Virus record (IMG/VR): IMGVR_UViG_3300045988_047162
Strand: one strand, 5' to 3'
DNA from: a virus
DNA: 64,000 nt
Shown: piece by piece, positions 17,659 to 26,029 of the stretch
Layout of the letters: every line of letters starts with the position of its first letter
How positions within the stretch are numbered: the first letter of the stretch is position 1
Position numbers and translations under genes: made by a program
The notes under the pieces: generated by a model
Seen by the model: the letters and a program-made list of their open reading frames with translations, nothing else
Databases searched by the model: none
What the model was told of the DNA's origin: nothing

Positions 17659-17755
17659 CACACACACTATACTAGACAAGTCGCCCAACGGTTGCAAACA
17701 AAGGGTTGAGGCAACAAGACCAAACACACCCAAAACGCAACCAAGGAGCCAACAC

Positions 17756-18595
17756 TTGACGCAAACCACATGCGCGGCATGCTGGAAGACAACCGACGAC
17801 ACGCATATCCTCTGCACATCCTGCGAAACCCAACTCCAATTCGACCTGCAATGGTTCGAAAACCACCTGCAAGACCTCGAATGGCGCACAAACCGCATGG
17901 ACAAGACAGGCAACGGCGGAGGCGGCGGGCATAATGGACTCGCCACCTCCCCGGCACCATTACGCGAAACCGCGTTCGAACTCATCGAAGGCAACGGCAT
18001 GGACGACATTCCAAGCCTCCGTGACATCATCAACGAATACGCGCGATGCCTGAACGTGACCGCTCCATACGACCGGAAACTCGAAACACTCATCCGCAAC
18101 ATCCGGCTCACCGACAAGTGGAAGACCAGCAAGGCGACACCAACCTACATGCGAATCATCCACCGCATCCGCCGTAAGGCCCAGGAACTCCTCGACTTCA
18201 CCCTCGAAGACCAGATCATCATCGGCGAATGCCCGACCGACGACTGCCATCACATCGTGAAAGTCATCCCAAACGCCGCGTTCGCGCCGAAATGCCCCGA
18301 CTGCGGTCAAGTGTATCCGGTCTCCGCCATCCGTGAGAACAGGCGACACAAACTCCTCGCCACGCACATCACCGGCACGCAGACCGAAATCCGCAGACTG
18401 CTCCTGCAATGCGGCATCATCGTCAAACCCGGCACCATGCGCAGTTGGGTCAGCAGGGGAGACCTGAAACCCGTCACGCCGGTAAAAGACACGCGCAAGC
18501 AACGCTACCGGCTGTCCGACGTGTACAAGCTCGCCGTCAGAAACCCCGAAAAGGAAACGAACATTTGGATGCTCCTACAGGAGGAACAGGCATGA
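17756..18595 (+). CDS. zinc-ribbon plus C-terminal HTH DNA-binding protein (candidate late-gene regulator)
   Basis: TTG start after an AAGGAG RBS. Contains CAAC...CTSC and CPTDDC...CPDCG Cys pairs. The C-terminus TQTEIRRLLLQCGIIVKPGTMRSWVSRG is HTH-like. Confidence 0.6.
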   Translation: MTQTTCAACWKTTDDTHILCTSCETQLQFDLQWFENHLQDLEWRTNRMDKTGNGGGGGHNGLATSPAPLRETAFELIEGNGMDDIPSLRDIINEYARCLNVTAPYDRKLETLIRNIRLTDKWKTSKATPTYMRIIHRIRRKAQELLDFTLEDQIIIGECPTDDCHHIVKVIPNAAFAPKCPDCGQVYPVSAIRENRRHKLLATHITGTQTEIRRLLLQCGIIVKPGTMRSWVSRGDLKPVTPVKDTRKQRYRLSDVYKLAVRNPEKETNIWMLLQEEQA

Positions 18596-18879
18596 ACATC
18601 GACCTCTCCAACCCGCCATACGCGGTCAAACTCAATGATCTCGGATTCGCATACTCGCACACCGACCGTGAGAAAGGCATCATCGTCTACACTCACGCCG
18701 ACCCCAGAATGGTCGGCTCCAAATGGGTTGACCATTGGGACGACGTGGAATGCATCATCGACTTCGAAGATGAGAACTGCTTGAAACCATTGTCATTCAC
18801 GTTCAAGAACCTTAGAAACGGCGTCAGCAAAACCATTCAGGCAAGCAACCTCGCCACCGTGGAAGAGGTCATGCGTTGA
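18592..18879 (+). CDS. hypothetical protein
   Basis: ATGA overlap. Confidence 0.5.
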   Translation: MNIDLSNPPYAVKLNDLGFAYSHTDREKGIIVYTHADPRMVGSKWVDHWDDVECIIDFEDENCLKPLSFTFKNLRNGVSKTIQASNLATVEEVMR

Positions 18880-19049
18880 CCACCATCACCATCACCGACG
18901 ACAATGGTCGTTCGACCACCTACCGGGTGGATGGCGAGATCAAACATTGTGTAGACCAATTCCATTCGCATGGCATGTTCGGCATCAACCTCACCGACCG
19001 CCGCCGACTCCACACACTCCAATTCACCACAGGTAAGGATGAAGCATGA
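18876..19049 (+). CDS. possible 57-aa protein
   Basis: TTG start in a TTGA overlap, and its stop overlaps the next ATG. Confidence 0.4.
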   Translation: MTTITITDDNGRSTTYRVDGEIKHCVDQFHSHGMFGINLTDRRRLHTLQFTTGKDEA

Positions 19050-19324
19050 AAGTCTACGTCGTCACTGCGAACGTTATGGACAGGGACGAATACAGGGATT
19101 ACACGCTCAAACCGGTAGATAGGTGGTACCCGTATTTCACCATGAGGGAGAGAGTGGCTGACCAATACGGCGAGTACGTGAGCATCATGGGCGTTTATTC
19201 CACATTCGAGCAGGCGGAACATCGTTGGGATGAACTCGACCGTGAAGGCTTCGACGTTCTCCCGATCATTGAATGCGTTGTGGACGCGAACTGCTGGGAA
19301 TACATAGGAGGCTACGCGGAATGA
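19046..19324 (+). CDS. hypothetical protein
   Basis: ATGA overlap and protein-like composition. Confidence 0.55.
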   Translation: MKVYVVTANVMDRDEYRDYTLKPVDRWYPYFTMRERVADQYGEYVSIMGVYSTFEQAEHRWDELDREGFDVLPIIECVVDANCWEYIGGYAE

Positions 19325-19391
19325 AGATTGTCAATCCGAAAACCGGGCACAAGATTGTTTTTTAGTTTAAGTGTTTGAAGAATCGAGGGGT

Positions 19392-19847
19392 ATGATGTCT
19401 GATGGGATTAAAATTTTTTCACTTGAGACTATCTCTGGTGATTCTTTATTGAATGCATATCTGGATGTTTTTACGCGGTTTTATCCAGATTTTGATGAAT
19501 GGTTTATGCGAAAAGTGGTACCTAATTTGGGTGTCACTCGTGAGATTTTTCTGGCAAAAATTGGAAAAGATATAGCGGGAATTTGTATAATTAAAAATTG
19601 CGAACAGGAAAAGAAGATTTGTTCTTTGCGTGTTTTTGAGCCATACCGTGGACAAGGTGTCGGTACGGCTTTAGTTAAACATGCGTTGGATGTTCTGAAG
19701 GATGATTATCCTCTCGTGACTGTGCCAGAGGAGTCTCTAACGCAGTATAAGCCTTTCTTTCGAAAGTTTAAATTTCAATTAAAAGATTCATATGATGGCT
19801 ATTATCGCCTTGGTAAAAAAGAATATGCCTTTAATGGCTTTTTATAG
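19392..19847 (+). CDS. GNAT-family N-acetyltransferase on a low-GC island
   Basis: LRVFEPYRGQGVGTALVKHAL contains the acetyl-CoA-binding R/Q-x-x-G-x-G/A motif. The DNA is visibly AT-rich compared with its flanks. The start is ambiguous (GTG 19371, ATG 19392 or 19395). Confidence 0.75.
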   Translation: MMSDGIKIFSLETISGDSLLNAYLDVFTRFYPDFDEWFMRKVVPNLGVTREIFLAKIGKDIAGICIIKNCEQEKKICSLRVFEPYRGQGVGTALVKHALDVLKDDYPLVTVPEESLTQYKPFFRKFKFQLKDSYDGYYRLGKKEYAFNGFL

Positions 19848-19859
19848 GGGGAAGGAAGA

Positions 19860-20186
19860 ATGAGCAAGATCAATATGACGGAAAACACCACCAGTAAATC
19901 AACGAACGAACTGTTTATGCGCGTGTTGCAAGTCGAATCACCGGAACTGTTCGACGGAAGCGACGATCAGCCGGTACGAGTAGTCGGCTACGATTATTCG
20001 CCATTCTGCGAAGCAGTCTGCGAAACCTGTGGCGATGACCCCGAAATGCTGACCATCGCATTCGAGACGAAAAGCGGCGAACGTTACAGCGAATACTACG
20101 ACTATTTTGGACTGCCGAACATTTTGGAAGCATTGGGTAAATGGGATAAGCAGTATGGGATGGATAATGAAATAGGGCGGTGTTAA
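19860..20186 (+). CDS. hypothetical acidic protein
   Basis: GGGGAAGGAAG RBS. D/E-rich with Cys pairs (FCEAVCETCGDD). Confidence 0.6.
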   Translation: MSKINMTENTTSKSTNELFMRVLQVESPELFDGSDDQPVRVVGYDYSPFCEAVCETCGDDPEMLTIAFETKSGERYSEYYDYFGLPNILEALGKWDKQYGMDNEIGRC

Positions 20187-20188
20187 GG

Positions 20189-20902
20189 ATGAAGTGGTTC
20201 ACTAGTGACTTGCATTTCGCGCATCCGTTCGTGGCCGCGCTGCGCGGATACGCGCTACCCGGATACGCTAAGGATGCATCGATCAAACAACAAGCCGAAC
20301 ATGAGCATAAGCCGCTCAAGAACTGTGTTGACTGGCGGAAGCATGATGCCGACATCATCCGAAGCATCAACACGTATGTTGGCAAGGAAGACGAACTCTA
20401 CATCTTGGGAGACATCAGTTCCGGCAGCACGTGGAGCGTAGACCAGGCGATAATGCGCATCCAGAATCTACAGGTTCCACGCAAACGCAGACACTTGATC
20501 CTCGGCAACCATGAAATACACAGTTCCAGCCGCACGCTGGAAAAGTTGGCAAGCGTGTTCGGGGAAGTCGGACAAGTCGGATTAACCGACATCACAAGCG
20601 GAGACGGAACCCGAACATATCCAGTATTGCTGAGCCACTACCAATGGCGTGAAGACTTCACGCAAAGCAAACGCCTAGGCGCAGTCTCAACCAATTGGAA
20701 CGCGCCGGAATTGGCTGAATACGCGCTACCACGCATGAACAACACTCTGCTCCTGCATGGTCATACGCACGCGTATGACCCGCTTGAGTTCGGCAGGCAT
20801 CATAATGAGATCAACGTCGGATTGGACGCATGGTGTTTCAAGCCGGTCAACGAAGCCGAATTGGTGGACAATTGGCTACACACTGCGGTGAGCGCCGTCT
20901 GA
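20189..20902 (+). CDS. calcineurin-like metallophosphoesterase
   Basis: SDLHFAH, LGDIS, LGNHE and LHGHTH motifs in canonical order. Confidence 0.8.
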   Translation: MKWFTSDLHFAHPFVAALRGYALPGYAKDASIKQQAEHEHKPLKNCVDWRKHDADIIRSINTYVGKEDELYILGDISSGSTWSVDQAIMRIQNLQVPRKRRHLILGNHEIHSSSRTLEKLASVFGEVGQVGLTDITSGDGTRTYPVLLSHYQWREDFTQSKRLGAVSTNWNAPELAEYALPRMNNTLLLHGHTHAYDPLEFGRHHNEINVGLDAWCFKPVNEAELVDNWLHTAVSAV

Positions 20903-20925
20903 GTGGTCTACAATGGCATATGAAT

Positions 20926-20959
20926 GGGGGCGGATTCAAAAACCGCCCCCACTATTTTT
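20926..20959 (+). terminator. rho-independent terminator ending the rightward early/moron operon
   Basis: gggggcgg-attcaaaaa-ccgccccc followed by actattttt. Confidence 0.7.
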
Positions 20960-21083
20960 CAGTAAATAGCACCGTTGGATTTCAAATCATCCATTATTCA
21001 AGAATCTCTGCAATCCATCGCCAGCCCTGCCGTCCAGACCACGGCGCGTCATGCGGGCGCCCCGCCGCAGTGGGTGCCACCGG

Positions 21084-21380
21084 TTAGTCGAAGTCCGACG
21101 GTTCACCATTGACATAGTTCAGAAACTGGTCGAAGGCATATTGCGCGGTATCTTCATACCGGCATGGCTTCGGCTTCGCGTTCTTTTCCTGCTCTTTCTG
21201 CTCTATTAACTGGTCTATCCGGCTTTGCTCGTCACGGTGTTGCCACGCGAGAGGTCTATTGCCCTGAAGTAGGTTCTCCTCCACCGTATATTCATGGCCG
21301 CGATACATATAGTCGAGATAAACCATATGGGCGTCGTATCCGTGCCCGTAGTATTTCCTAACGAATGTCGCTTTCCGCAT
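21084..21380 (-). CDS. hypothetical protein (last gene of the antisense block)
   Basis: AAAGGGG RBS and protein-like composition. Confidence 0.6.
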   Translation of the reverse strand: MRKATFVRKYYGHGYDAHMVYLDYMYRGHEYTVEENLLQGNRPLAWQHRDEQSRIDQLIEQKEQEKNAKPKPCRYEDTAQYAFDQFLNYVNGEPSDFD

Positions 21381-21435
21381 TGTTGCCCCTTTCTTGAGCA
21401 GGAAGCCCCCGCCTCTTGTAAGGCGGGGGAGAATG

Positions 21436-21768
21436 TCACGCTTCTACCAGCTCCCACCGGTCTCCAGTCGCTTCATCGAACTTGCCGAGCTTCAATCCAT
21501 ATGCGGCGAGCAGTTCGTTCGCCCGTTTCTCCAACTCTTCTTCGTTCTCACCGTACACATCTTCAACCACTTCAGCCTCCTGCATGAGATTGCCGTCAAC
21601 GCCTTGCAGGTCGATATACCATTCGCCGTCATGGGTGTCGAACCATACCCCCCTGCCTGTGGTCTTGTCGGCTATGAGAAGCATCTCGTATGCGTCGTTC
21701 GGACGGCGGATGGCGATTGGCTTGACAATGACCTTCGCGCCGGTGGTCCATTCAAGTGCTGTAAACAT
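21436..21768 (-). CDS. hypothetical protein
   Basis: AAAGGA RBS before ATG 21768. Acidic C-terminal helix. Confidence 0.55.
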   Translation of the reverse strand: MFTALEWTTGAKVIVKPIAIRRPNDAYEMLLIADKTTGRGVWFDTHDGEWYIDLQGVDGNLMQEAEVVEDVYGENEEELEKRANELLAAYGLKLGKFDEATGDRWELVEA

Positions 21769-21862
21769 TTTTGTCCTTTCTTTTGCTGACATGATTAGTG
21801 CGCAGGAATCCCGTGGATTCAACCACGGGAGTGTCAAGAAGTTTGGGCGGGTTAGGCCACTT

Positions 21863-22120
21863 CTATCCAACTGCATCGATCTGCTGCCGGAGTTCCTCTA
21901 TCTCATTGGAAAGGATGGCGAGAAATTCCCGGTATTCGTCGAGTTCGACCGCCGCGTCGATGGCTTCGGCCTCCAGTTCGAACCGGCAGTCACCGTCATC
22001 GGTGAATGTCAGATCAGGAAAGTCGAACCATTGCCATTCGCAATCGTTCGGGTCGCCATGCCACCCGTTTTCGGTTTTGGTGAGTGTGTAGTGTTCCGTA
22101 CCTTTGTAGTTGCCGTTCAT
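21863..22120 (-). CDS. hypothetical acidic protein
   Basis: AAGGAG RBS and a coiled-coil-like C-terminus. Confidence 0.55.
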   Translation of the reverse strand: MNGNYKGTEHYTLTKTENGWHGDPNDCEWQWFDFPDLTFTDDGDCRFELEAEAIDAAVELDEYREFLAILSNEIEELRQQIDAVG

Positions 22121-22226
22121 GGTGTACTCCTTTTTAGTCCATGTTTAAAAAGAAAAACGTTGAAAACAAAGGGCGTGACACAATCGACACGCCCTGAAAC
22201 TAAACAATCGAAACCGGCAGACGCGA

Positions 22227-22799
22227 CTAGCGCAATCCGCCGCAAATGTCCTTCACGCCGGTGAGATAATCCAACTCGCCCTCGAAATCATGGCAACTCG
22301 TCGAAAACTCACCATCACGACAGCTTTCATCCGCATAATACGAGAAGTTGACGCAAAGAGGGGAATTAGGGTCGATACCCACACAGCATGCCGAACCATC
22401 CATGAAAACCACCTTGATAGTGTCCTCGGGACACATGCCGGATATGATTTCCGTATCCTTGACGTTCAACCCGTGATTGTAGATCTCACTCGAAAGCTGA
22501 TAAAGATCAATTTCACAGATTAGGTACGCGCTCCGGTCGAGTTCCGTCACATCCACGAACGTATCCGGCTGCGGGCCGTCTTCAGCGAAGTCGCCTTCTC
22601 CGGCCACCATGTCGTTCGCCTGCTCAATGCAGTAATCGACGTCCTCCACAATGTAAGCAAGCTCTGGGCCGTCAACGGTCTTCAACCTGCCGACATCATA
22701 AAAATCAGCAGACCAGTCGAGGCCGTACTGCGTGTTTTCCTCATCCCACTCGCGGATAGAGATTTCCACTGCCTTGCTGTTGTCAATAAGTATAGTCAT
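22227..22799 (-). CDS. hypothetical, strongly acidic, Cys-containing protein
   Basis: 190 aa, visibly D/E-rich with few K/R. Confidence 0.65.
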   Translation of the reverse strand: MTILIDNSKAVEISIREWDEENTQYGLDWSADFYDVGRLKTVDGPELAYIVEDVDYCIEQANDMVAGEGDFAEDGPQPDTFVDVTELDRSAYLICEIDLYQLSSEIYNHGLNVKDTEIISGMCPEDTIKVVFMDGSACCVGIDPNSPLCVNFSYYADESCRDGEFSTSCHDFEGELDYLTGVKDICGGLR

Positions 22800-22879
22800 T
22801 TCAGATACTCTCTTTCCAGCCCCCTTGCTAAAATGAGAGGGCTCTAGTTAGTTAGATTGGTAATAATTACTGAGCAATC

Positions 22880-22950
22880 GAGCCGGATAGCTGCAACTAT
22901 CCGGCTCAACTTATTCGTGAGCGGGCATGGCCGTAAAGACGCATGCCCGC
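22880..22950 (-). terminator. two terminator-like hairpins downstream of the XRE genes
   Basis: gcgggcatg...catgcccgc (22921-22950) and gagccggatag-ctgcaa-ctatccggctc (22880-22907). No clear U-runs. Confidence 0.4.
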
Positions 22951-22959
22951 CCTAGCGGA

Positions 22960-23187
22960 TCACTTAGAATCCGCAGAAGATTCAGAGTCAGAATCATCTT
23001 CCAAAAGTTTGCGAGGATTCTTGACATGCAACGCGTCACAAATACGAATCGCCTTATCAAGCGTCATATTCTCGATAGAATTGACACCATTCTCATAGGC
23101 TCCGATACGTTGTTGAGTAAGCCCTGCCTTGTCGGCGAGCTGTTGTTGCGTCATGCCGCGCTTCAGTCTGAGTTCCCTCATGCCCAT
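22960..23187 (-). CDS. XRE-family HTH regulator with acidic tail
   Basis: LRLKRGMTQQQLADKAGLTQQRIGAYENG is a canonical XRE HTH. GAAGGA RBS, 1 nt after the upstream stop. Confidence 0.75.
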   Translation of the reverse strand: MGMRELRLKRGMTQQQLADKAGLTQQRIGAYENGVNSIENMTLDKAIRICDALHVKNPRKLLEDDSDSESSADSK

Positions 23188-23188
23188 G

Positions 23189-23611
23189 TCAGTATCCTTC
23201 CGTAAGAAAATCCACAGGGTCGCATTGCAACGCCTCAGACAATCGTAACGCCGTCCGCAAATACATTTGCGAAACAGGACGATAACCGGTCTCGAACCAT
23301 GAGATGTTCGGTCGTGCGACACCACTCATGCCAGCCAACTGCGTCTGCGTCAACCCACGCGACAAGCGGATGTTCCTCAAGCCGACGACACCAGCCGCCA
23401 CGCCACCACGCCACACATGCTCATCGGGATACAGGTCCAACACGTTGCAATGCAGTATCCGCGCCAACGATGCCGCCGTGCCCAGAAACATGTTCCGAGC
23501 GTCATCGTCAACCGTCTCATACCGGCTCAACCTCGGCATGTCATAGCCGGTCAACGCGCTCAACTGCTCCAACGTGATGCTCGAACGTTTCCGCAGCTCA
23601 CGCAACCCCAT
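23189..23611 (-). CDS. tandem double-XRE HTH regulator
   Basis: Two HTH units: LRELRKRSSITLEQLSALTGYDMPRLSRYE and LRNIRLSRGLTQTQLAGMSGVARPNISWFETG. AAGGAG RBS. Confidence 0.75.
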   Translation of the reverse strand: MGLRELRKRSSITLEQLSALTGYDMPRLSRYETVDDDARNMFLGTAASLARILHCNVLDLYPDEHVWRGGVAAGVVGLRNIRLSRGLTQTQLAGMSGVARPNISWFETGYRPVSQMYLRTALRLSEALQCDPVDFLTEGY

Positions 23612-23671
23612 GCCACACTCCTTTCCGATCAAAAACACCATATCATCGACGGCTGGGGGACGCCGCCGACA

Positions 23672-23911
23672 TCAATCAATCCAATCCGTATCCCAATCCA
23701 GCATGTCCACTGGAATCATGCAGCCACCGGAACACTGGACGTACAGCCAGGTCGAATAGCCCATGCGAGCCGCCCTCACGCCACGGAACCATTCGCCAAG
23801 CCACTCGCACAGGAGCGACGGCAGCGAACGACGACGCCAGAACGACCTGCCGGACGCATAATCGAACCCATCGTATTCGGCGATAGGGGAGAAGAAGCCA
23901 TGTTTGCTCAC
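23672..23911 (-). CDS. hypothetical Trp-rich protein
   Basis: GTG start in a GTGA overlap after a GGAGGAAAAA RBS. Confidence 0.5.
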   Translation of the reverse strand: MSKHGFFSPIAEYDGFDYASGRSFWRRRSLPSLLCEWLGEWFRGVRAARMGYSTWLYVQCSGGCMIPVDMLDWDTDWID

Positions 23912-24102
23912 TGTTTTTCCTCCTTGGTCCAAGGGATAATCTGATGCAACAGGTACGCCGCCGTCGTCAACTGGTCGTAAGCGGCCAGAATGTAAGCCGA
24001 ATCAGGAGCCTTCCCGGACTCCAATCCAGACAGCAGACGGACAGCCTCAACGGCCCTGTTCGCCGCGTTCGCGCACACGTCGGAATCATGGGCGTCCATC
24101 AC
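23908..24102 (-). CDS. hypothetical helical protein
   Basis: Overlaps the upstream stop (GTG 24102 or ATG 24099). Confidence 0.5.
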   Translation of the reverse strand: MMDAHDSDVCANAANRAVEAVRLLSGLESGKAPDSAYILAAYDQLTTAAYLLHQIIPWTKEEKQ

Positions 24103-24491
24103 ACATGACCCTCGTCATCGGCTTGCGTCCAGAACACATAATCAAGGTCATATTCACGAGACTTCTCGAATTGTTCCCCAATCTCAATCGGCGTCAGACC
24201 AGAAAGCACTTCAGAAGTGAAATCACAATAATCATCGGAACGAGTATTGTCGTGCAGCATGAACACCTGCTCACACCATTCAGGGAACGCTGACCAGAAC
24301 TTACACCACGAATCCTCGGAAACATATTTGGCGAAATCATTGACGCGATAGACACCCTCATAAGGTTCAAACTCACGCTGGTAGAACGGTTGCAAACCCT
24401 CGTTTGCCATGCATTCAACATCGCAGACGACAGCCATGCCAATCGGCTCATCCAACGGCATGGCCTTCAACCCATCAACGGTAATCATCAT
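24099..24491 (-). CDS. hypothetical acidic protein
   Basis: AAAGGAAAGA RBS. D/E-rich. Confidence 0.6.
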   Translation of the reverse strand: MMITVDGLKAMPLDEPIGMAVVCDVECMANEGLQPFYQREFEPYEGVYRVNDFAKYVSEDSWCKFWSAFPEWCEQVFMLHDNTRSDDYCDFTSEVLSGLTPIEIGEQFEKSREYDLDYVFWTQADDEGHV

Positions 24492-24500
24492 TCTTTCCTT

Positions 24501-24683
24501 TCAATCGATACGAAACTCTTCGCCATACTTGACGCAGTGGGCATCCAAATAGGCGTCGAAAAACTCCTGCTCGGAACACGGCGCGAGATTCGCGTGCAAC
24601 AGCTCCCGCAACTCGTCATCCATGAGATTCACAGCGGCCTCATAAGACACGGGACGCCCATCCCGATCAATAACAACACTCAT
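24501..24683 (-). CDS. small acidic protein
   Basis: AAAGGAAAGA RBS. ...AAVNLMDDELRELLHANLAPCSEQEFFDAYLDAH... resembles, from unverified memory, small proteins of conjugative-element leading regions. Confidence 0.55.
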   Translation of the reverse strand: MSVVIDRDGRPVSYEAAVNLMDDELRELLHANLAPCSEQEFFDAYLDAHCVKYGEEFRID

Positions 24684-24699
24684 CGTTCTTTCCTTTCAT

Positions 24700-24963
24700 T
24701 CAGCAGCAGAACTCGTCAGTGAGTTCCACCAGTCTTTTCAACGACGTCCGCATGAGACGCGAACGACAGCCGACACCGGCCAGTTCCAGCCGGTTCACCA
24801 TCGCCACGCGCACGGCCTCTCCGCTACCGACAGTGCAACGCGTCAGAAACCGGCCATCGGCACGCAGAACCGCATCCCGATACGCCTCCGCATCGGCCTG
24901 AGACCTGTGACGGCGCACGCGGATTGCGCCACCCACATATTCGACGGTCCACAACGCGGCCAT
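24700..24963 (-). CDS. hypothetical basic protein
   Basis: ATG lies 1 nt after the upstream stop (TGAcATG). Only this C-terminal portion of the long 24700..25464 ORF is accepted. Confidence 0.45.
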   Translation of the reverse strand: MAALWTVEYVGGAIRVRRHRSQADAEAYRDAVLRADGRFLTRCTVGSGEAVRVAMVNRLELAGVGCRSRLMRTSLKRLVELTDEFCC

Positions 24964-24964
24964 G

Positions 24965-25504
24965 TCAGTCAGCCTCCCCAAGACGGTCGAACATCTTGTC
25001 ATACGCCTTGCGCACAGCCGACAGGCCATTGCGGTACGCGGACATGCGATTCTCAGGAGTCGAAGACACAGCCAGGTCATGCTGCCAGCTAGCCGGAAAC
25101 GCGATATGCTCCAACGTCCCGTCCACATCCGTCTGACGAACCTCGACATGCTGCGGGAACATGGCGTCGAACACCAGCACGCACAGCTCGAACGCCAGCC
25201 GCGTGTCCGCGTCGGCGACATAACGGAAATCATTCTCGGCCAGCCGCCGCGCCTCATCGACGTCGAACGGCAGCGTGGCATACAATGCGACGAACCGTCC
25301 GACCGTCTCGTCATCCAGACCGCCGTCAGCGAAACAGTTTTGCACGACATCGATGAGATTGTCCCGCAAATCGGGCACCAGACCACACGCGCCGCCACGG
25401 ATATACGGCACCTCGTCACGGCTGAAATGCCTCTCGAACCACTGCCAGCACACGTAACCCACATAGCCGGTCAGCTCACGCGGCAGCAAGTTGACGTCGA
25501 TCAT
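24965..25504 (-). CDS. hypothetical protein
   Basis: ATGA overlap with the upstream gene. Protein-like, acidic composition. Confidence 0.6.
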   Translation of the reverse strand: MIDVNLLPRELTGYVGYVCWQWFERHFSRDEVPYIRGGACGLVPDLRDNLIDVVQNCFADGGLDDETVGRFVALYATLPFDVDEARRLAENDFRYVADADTRLAFELCVLVFDAMFPQHVEVRQTDVDGTLEHIAFPASWQHDLAVSSTPENRMSAYRNGLSAVRKAYDKMFDRLGEAD

Positions 25505-25953
25505 CGCGCCACCTCCTCGCCGTTAAGGAAATCAACGAACTTCCGCCGCGCCCCACCATCGGCGTCACAGCCCAGCAAATCACTGCTGATGACGTCATAG
25601 CCGCAGCCGGTAACGAAATAGAAATACCAATCATCGCCACCACGGCTCAGCCAGCACGAACGCACATGCTTGACAAGACCGTCGTAACGGTCGCACTTGA
25701 ACCATTCCGCTAGACCCTCAGCCAGAAGCGAGTCGAAACGGAACCGTCCGACGCAGATTAAGCTGTTCTCCTCATCTTCCACGCGCTCCACGGCCTCGTC
25801 ATCCAGCCTGTCGTCAAGCGAATAGCCAGCCTCAAGCGTCGCCAGATTACGCAGCAGCTCATACGAGTCGATACCGTCGAACGTCTCATGCTCAACGATT
25901 TCATCCGCGTTGAACCAAGTGATTTCCTTATAAATGCAATCGTCGAATTTCAT
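25501..25953 (-). CDS. hypothetical acidic protein
   Basis: AGGGAG RBS. Confidence 0.6.
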   Translation of the reverse strand: MKFDDCIYKEITWFNADEIVEHETFDGIDSYELLRNLATLEAGYSLDDRLDDEAVERVEDEENSLICVGRFRFDSLLAEGLAEWFKCDRYDGLVKHVRSCWLSRGGDDWYFYFVTGCGYDVISSDLLGCDADGGARRKFVDFLNGEEVAR

Positions 25954-26029
25954 GGTATAATCTCCCTTGCAATTAGATTTGATTGATTGATTGCATGGCC
26001 GGTCGCAGTCCTACCTGAGACCGGCACTT

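Noticed and set aside
19321-19365. 14-codon ORF ATGA-coupled to 19046..19324.
   Set aside because: It is too short to support and ends in the AT-rich junction of the GNAT island, so it is probably fortuitous.
24700-25464. 254-aa minus-strand ORF spanning two accepted genes.
   Set aside because: Its N-terminal two-thirds is Arg/Cys/Ser-rich and overlaps the protein-like 24965..25504 gene in another frame. Only the C-terminal 87 codons were kept (24700..24963, coupled TGAcATG).
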